Origin: an uncultured cyanobacterium
Lineage (GTDB): Bacteria > Cyanobacteriota > Cyanobacteriia > Cyanobacteriales > Microcystaceae
Direction: 5' to 3'
NCBI GenBank assembly: GCA_963807635.1
Contig: CAWEDJ010000030.1
Coordinates: 1 to 12,537, forward strand
DNA length: 12,537 bases
Part shown: piece by piece, positions 8,487-12,537 of the stretch
How positions within the stretch are numbered: the stretch's first letter is position 1
How the letters are laid out: each line of letters starts with the position of its first letter
Notes under the pieces: generated by a model
The model's database searches: none
Told to the model about the DNA's origin: nothing
What the model saw: only the letters and a program-made list of their open reading frames with translations
Program-made: the position numbers and the translations under genes

Positions 8487-9047
8487 TCAGGTCGGATCAT
8501 CCAGTTTGACCTGAGAACCATGACTGCGGGGATCATCGATCGCAGAAGTTGACACAGAGGGTTCAAAAATGGAAGTCTGTCCCGTTGCATAGGCGTAGGG
8601 CAAAGGAGAATCGGCGATCAGTGCATCTAGATTCGCTTCCATAATCGCTAAAGGTTGCTCCCCAATAGTCTGGGCGATCGCGGTTCCCGTTGGATTAAGA
8701 AAAACAAAGTGGGGAATGCCATCCACTCGATAACGTAACACTTCGGGCAACCATTTATTGTTATCGACATTGAGCATGACAAAATTAACCGATTGACCGT
8801 ATTTATTTTTGACAATTGCCAAATCCTTCGCCATTGCCTGACAACTACTACACCAATCGGCGTAAAACTCGGTTAGTGTCGGTTTGCCGTTACTGAGGGC
8901 AATTTCTATGGGAACAGATGCCTGGGCTTGGGCGGTCAGGGAACTAGAATTGACCTGGGATTGAAAGCCAAAAAAGATCGCCGTACTCAACAGCACTGCC
9001 ACGATCGCCAAGATGGAATTACGGATTTTGTTAGTTGCCATAATCAT
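8487..9047 (-). CDS. txlA: Membrane-anchored thioredoxin-like thiol:disulfide protein TxlA (HCF164 homolog)
   Basis: N-terminal transmembrane helix, EFYADWCSSC active site, NFVMLNVDNNKW, YRVDGIPHFVF, C-terminal DPRSHG. ATG at 9047 overlaps the map stop (TAATG); alternative ATG at 9041. Confidence 0.88.
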   Translation of the reverse strand: MIMATNKIRNSILAIVAVLLSTAIFFGFQSQVNSSSLTAQAQASVPIEIALSNGKPTLTEFYADWCSSCQAMAKDLAIVKNKYGQSVNFVMLNVDNNKWLPEVLRYRVDGIPHFVFLNPTGTAIAQTIGEQPLAIMEANLDALIADSPLPYAYATGQTSIFEPSVSTSAIDDPRSHGSQVKLDDPT

Positions 9048-9907
9048 TAAATCTTATTTCTATCGGTTAGAATTTCATAGCCCGTTGCCGTGACCAATAC
9101 CGTATGCTCAAACTGAGCCGAGAGTGCATTATCCACCGTTACCACCGTCCAGCGATCGCGTAAAAGACGGGTAAACTTAGATCCCGCATTGAGAATCGGT
9201 TCAATGGCCAAAGTCATTCCTGCCTTCAATTGAACATTGGGCAGTTGACGAGTCCGAAAATTAAAAACATGGGGTTCTTCATGGAGATTGCGTCCGACAC
9301 CGTGACCCGTAAAATCTTCTACCACACTGTAACCGTGTTTTTTGACGTGATCCTCAATGGCTCCAGCAATATCCAATAAGTAATTGCCCGCCTTGACCTG
9401 ATGTATCCCCTCATAAAGAGCTTCTTCCGCCACCTGAATTAATTTATCCGCTTTCTGGGAAACCTTACCGACGGCGATCGTAATACAAGAATCGCCATGA
9501 TAACCCTGAAAATAGGCTCCTGTATCCACTTTTAAGACATCTCCCGCCCGAATAACCTTCTTTTTACTGGGAATTCCGTGAACGACTTCCGCATTAATCG
9601 AGGCACAAATCGAGGCAGGAAAGCCATGATAGCCCTTGAAGCTGGGGGTTGCTCCCATTTCTCGAATACGTTTCTCTGCATAAAGATCCAAATCTCCCGT
9701 TGTCATGCCTGGCTCTACCCTTTCCCCAATTTCTTTCAGAACCGTCGCCACGATCGCCGAAGCCTGACGCATGATCTCAATTTCCTGGGCAGATTTTATT
9801 TCTACTCCCCGTTTATTCTTTTTGGCTTTGGGTTGTCCCTGAGGTTGAGTGGGGGAATCCTTTTTGGTCGTTTGGGGAGGCGCGAATAAATTACTGAGGA
9901 TATTCAT
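9047..9907 (-). CDS. map: Type I methionine aminopeptidase
   Basis: [30 protein letters not shown]...GYHGD, GHGVG..LHEEP, AIEP and SAQFEHT metal-ligand motifs. ATG 9907 (MNILSNLF) is preferred over TTG 9931. Confidence 0.95.
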   Translation of the reverse strand: MNILSNLFAPPQTTKKDSPTQPQGQPKAKKNKRGVEIKSAQEIEIMRQASAIVATVLKEIGERVEPGMTTGDLDLYAEKRIREMGATPSFKGYHGFPASICASINAEVVHGIPSKKKVIRAGDVLKVDTGAYFQGYHGDSCITIAVGKVSQKADKLIQVAEEALYEGIHQVKAGNYLLDIAGAIEDHVKKHGYSVVEDFTGHGVGRNLHEEPHVFNFRTRQLPNVQLKAGMTLAIEPILNAGSKFTRLLRDRWTVVTVDNALSAQFEHTVLVTATGYEILTDRNKI

Positions 9908-9975
9908 GGAAAATAGGGACAATCCTAACAATAGAGACTGCTCTTAACATAACTTAATATTGTAGTAAATGGCGA

Positions 9976-10049
9976 TCGGGATGACAGGATTTGAACCTGC
10001 GACATCTTGCTCCCAAAGCAAGCGCGCTACCAAGCTGCGCTACATCCCG
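9976..10049 (-). tRNA. trnP: tRNA-Pro (anticodon UGG); CCA not encoded directly after the discriminator
   Basis: Minus strand reads CGGGATGTAGCGCAGCTTGGTAGCGCGCTTGCTTTGGGAGCAAGATGTCGCAGGTTCAAATCCTGTCATCCCGA. Acceptor stem CGGGATG/CATCCCG, anticodon arm CTTGC-TTTGGGA-GCAAG, T-loop GTTCAAATC. Confidence 0.97.
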
Positions 10050-10064
10050 TTGCTACCGTGTTCT

Positions 10065-10070
10065 ATTCTA
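10065..10070 (-). promoter_or_regulatory. Putative -10 element of the tRNA-Pro promoter
   Basis: TAGAAT on the minus strand 15 nt upstream of the mature tRNA 5' end; no clear -35. Confidence 0.45.
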
Positions 10071-10108
10071 GGCTATTTACAGCCTAAATAACACAGTAGT
10101 TTTTTACC

Positions 10109-10181
10109 GCCCCCTAAATCCCCCAATACTGAGGGACTTTCAATTAATCATTCCCCCCAAGGTTGGGGGGCTAGGGGGGCA
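10109..10181. repeat. GC-rich bipartite palindromic dispersed repeat (REP/BIME- or SDR-like), copy 1
   Basis: GCCCCCTAAATCCCCCAATACTGAGGGACTT - short spacer - TCCCCCCAAGGTTGGGGGGCTAGGGGGGCA. Both arms match the reverse complement of 11879-11964 with 1-2 differences each. Confidence 0.85.
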
Positions 10182-10211
10182 AAACATGGCAACGTCGTTT
10201 TTTCTCAATTC

Positions 10212-11512
10212 CTAAAGATTACTTAAAACCTCTTTGGCGATCGCGAGAGTTCGATCAATATCCGCGTCGGTGTGGGCCAGAGACGTAAAACCCGCTTCAT
10301 ATTGGGAAGGAGCCAGATAAACGCCCCGCTCTAACATTCCTCGATGAAAGCGACCAAATTTAGCCGTATCTGCTTTTTTGGCATCTTCATAATTGTGGAC
10401 AGGGCCGCCCGTAAAGAACATTCCAAACATGGCACTGATAGAACCCCCACAAACCGAATGACCTGTTTCTTTCGCGACCTGTAACAAGCTCTGGGATAAT
10501 TTGTGGGTAATTTTTTCTAAATACTCGTAGGTTCCAGGTTTTTGTAAGAGTTCTAGGGTTTTAATGCCTGCGGTCATGGCTAAGGGATTTCCCGAAAGAG
10601 TTCCCGCCTGATACATGGGGCCAGAGGGAGCAACCATTGACATAATATCCTTTCGTCCTCCATAAGCTCCCACCGGTAAACCGCCGCCGATCACTTTACC
10701 GAGAGTGGTTAAATCAGGGGTAATACCAAATTTTTCCTGCGCTCCCCCGTAGGCAATGCGAAATCCCGTCATCACTTCATCAAAAACGAGTAACGCACCG
10801 TATTCCTTGGTTAATTCCCGTAATCCTTCTAAAAAGCCCGCATCAGGAACAATAAAGCCCGCATTACCCACCACAGGTTCTAAAATAACCCCTGCAATAT
10901 CATCAGGATTTTCGTCAAATAAAGCTTTGACCGCTTCTAAATCATTGTAAGGAGCGGTTAGGGTAGTGGCAGTGGTGGATTTAGGAACCCCTGGTGAATC
11001 GGGTAAACCCAGGGTTGCGACTCCCGATCCCGCTTTGACCAGAAACATATCCGCGTGACCGTGATAACAACCTTCAAACTTAATAATTTTTTCTCTGCCT
11101 GTAAAAGCTCGCATCAGGCGCAAAACCGACATACAGGCTTCGGTTCCTGAATTGACAAAACGCACCATCTCAATGCTCGGAACGGCATCAATGACCATTT
11201 CCGCTAAGACATTTTCTTTTTGGCACGGCGCACCAAAACTGGTTCCTTTGAGTAAGGCTTCCTGGAGAGCGGCAATTACTTCTGGATGGGCGTGGCCACA
11301 GATGGCAGAGCCCAGGTTCCCACATAATCAATAAATTCGTTCCCATCCACATCCCAGATATAAGCCCCTTTCACTCGGTCAAAAACAATGGGCTGACCCC
11401 CGACTGATTTGAAGGCACGGACGGGAGAACTAACGCCGCCTGGCATTAAATCCTGGGCCTCGGCAAAAATTTCTTCTGATTTGGTGGTTGTAAAGGGGGC
11501 TAGGCTAACCAA
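10212..11512 (-). CDS. hemL: Glutamate-1-semialdehyde 2,1-aminomutase, split by a 1-nt frameshift at about 11311-11313
   Basis: N-terminal part has [17 protein letters not shown]...DYVGTW; C-terminal part has [32 protein letters not shown] and the PLP lysine in [14 protein letters not shown]. Adding one base gives a 433-aa protein. TTG start with AGGAGA SD at 11521-11526. Confidence 0.93.
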
Positions 11513-11878
11513 TCTGGGTGTCTCCTTCTAAATAGTTGATGAATCGGCTAAGATTCTAATGCCGAGTATGGAACGGCGGGTTGAGGCAACTTTTCGCAAG
11601 TCTTCAAGCCTCCTTTCATAAACTTACCATAACTTTCTGTCCATTATTCAATTTTTGGATTTAGGTCATTTCTGTCTAAATTTGCCTAGAAATAATTGAA
11701 TTATGCCAAATCTATTACTGAAACACTATTGACATTTTGCAGGGGGTTTCCAAAATCATAGAGTGTAAGACTTCAAGGCCAAGCTCCTACCTTAAATTAA
11801 AAGGGATATGGAAACAGGATTTAGCATTCAACTGAAAAATCAATCTAAACCTCATCCTTTTTGAGAACTTTAGTTTTC

Positions 11879-11964
11879 TGCCCCCCTAGCCCCCCAACTT
11901 TGGGGGAAAAGTCAAGAATAATCCAATTTCTGGCAAGTCCCCCAGTATTGGGGGATTTAGGGGC
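11879..11964. repeat. GC-rich bipartite palindromic dispersed repeat, copy 2 (inverted relative to copy 1)
   Basis: TGCCCCCCTAGCCCCCCAACTTTGGGGGAA - different, longer spacer - AAGTCCCCCAGTATTGGGGGATTTAGGGGC. Confidence 0.85.
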
Positions 11965-11978
11965 ATTCGATTCTCTGG

Positions 11979-12018
11979 CTAGGTTTTTGTGATTCAGTTC
12001 ATCGAACCTAGTTTTTTT
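11979..12018 (+). terminator. Possible intrinsic terminator
   Basis: CTAGGTT...AACCTAG stem with an imperfect inner TGA/TCA pairing, followed directly by T7 (12012-12018). Confidence 0.4.
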
Positions 12019-12150
12019 ATCTAAATTGGTCGGAAGTGACTAATTTTCAATCAGAGTTAACAAAATTAGGGGAAAATTTGATAATATATGCAAAGGCTTT
12101 AGCCGCGATCGCTCGCGATCGCTGGAGTGAAAGAATAGGAAGTTAATTTT

Positions 12151-12537
12151 ATGACAGAACAGTTTGATGTATTTCTTTGCCACAACAGTGGAGATAAACC
12201 CCTTATCCCAATCTCTCAGTCTCCCAAAGTTTCACCGAAACTTTGCCAGGCGATATCAAATTAGAAATGGTAAAAATTCCCGCAGGAAGTTTTTTAATGG
12301 GAACAGAAGAAGCAGAAGTGATCCGCTTGTGCAAAGAATATGAAACAGATCGATATAAACGTGAAATGCCGCAACATAGAGTTAATTTACAAGAATTTTA
12401 TCTAGGGAAATATCCTGTAACCCAAGAGCAATATCAGGCTATAATGGGCAATAATCCGTCTTATTCTGAAAATAATCCTAAAAGTCCTGTTGAAAATGTC
12501 ACTTGGATTGATGCTCAAACGTTTTGTCAAAAATTAA
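12151..12537 (+). CDS. FGE-sulfatase/SUMF1-family (C-type lectin fold) protein with a TIR-like N-terminal stub; frameshifted near 12199-12228; truncated by the window end
   Basis: My translation; not in the ORF track. From ATG 12151: MTEQFDVFLCHNSGDKP... In the -1 frame from 12228: SFTETLPGDIKLEMVKIPAGSFLMGTEEAEVIRLCKEYETDRYKREMPQHRVNLQEFYLGKYPVTQEQYQAIMGNNPSYSENNPKSPVENVTWIDAQTFCQKL. This carries the typical IPAGxFxMG, ExPQHxV, KYPVTQxQY and PVExVxWxDA motifs. Confidence 0.85.

Larger units (their letters stand above)
201..12122. repeat. HIP1 octamer GCGATCGC, about 20 dispersed perfect copies
   Basis: Hand count, starts at 201, 1296, 2540, 2776, 2804, 3521, 3878, 4421, 5399, 5793, 5877, 6788, 7309, 7539, 7981, 8674, 9152, 10237, 12105, 12115, plus many 1-mismatch copies. 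Confidence 0.92.

Noticed and set aside
9976..10181. tRNA-Pro as an integration site for an island
   Set aside because: No duplicated tRNA 3' end and no integrase in the window; both neighbours are core genes.
2278..11334. Short alternative-frame or antisense ORFs in the track (2278, 2995, 3243, 6657, 7504, 7509, 7822, 9578, 10756, 11152)
   Set aside because: All lie inside well-supported genes and show no recognisable motifs; they are shadow ORFs.
11583..11629. Resemblance to a c-di-GMP-I riboswitch on the + strand (GGCAAC...C-GCAA-G...CAAGCCTCC...TAAAC), tempting given the nearby cyclase
   Set aside because: The stem around the GNRA loop does not pair (TTTTC/GTCTT), the conserved GGGACGC-like segment and a P3 partner strand are missing, and the nearest + strand gene is over 500 nt away.
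10109..11964. CRISPR or G-quadruplex reading of the GC-rich repeats
   Set aside because: Only two dispersed copies with no repeat-spacer periodicity. The G runs have complementary C runs nearby, which favours hairpins.

Overview
Cyanobacterial chromosomal DNA, judged from about 20 HIP1 GCGATCGC octamers, the flv4-2 operon and a cyanobacteriochrome (CBCR) domain. Gene order: (1) a 1311-aa REC-(PAS)4-CBCR GAF-PAS-GAF-GGDEF diguanylate cyclase (+); (2) the low-CO2 photoprotection operon flv4 / sll0218-like / flv2 (+), preceded by an ATAG-N8-CTAT NdhR-type site; (3) a convergent minus-strand block hemL, tRNA-Pro(UGG), map, txlA; (4) the 5' part of an FGE-sulfatase/SUMF1-family gene carrying only a 17-aa TIR-like stub, running off the right edge and absent from the ORF track. 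Two inverted copies of a GC-rich bipartite palindromic repeat flank hemL. Three genes each have a -1 frameshift at a short homopolymer, most likely long-read consensus errors. Most of the window is known housekeeping or photosynthesis content, and I see no clearly new multi-gene system. The best leads are the red/green-lineage CBCR with a second Cys (DTCL) on the cyclase, the TIR-deleted FGE gene (possible DGR target), an apparently degenerate Flv2 reductase domain, and a possible small transcript at about 11760-12018.
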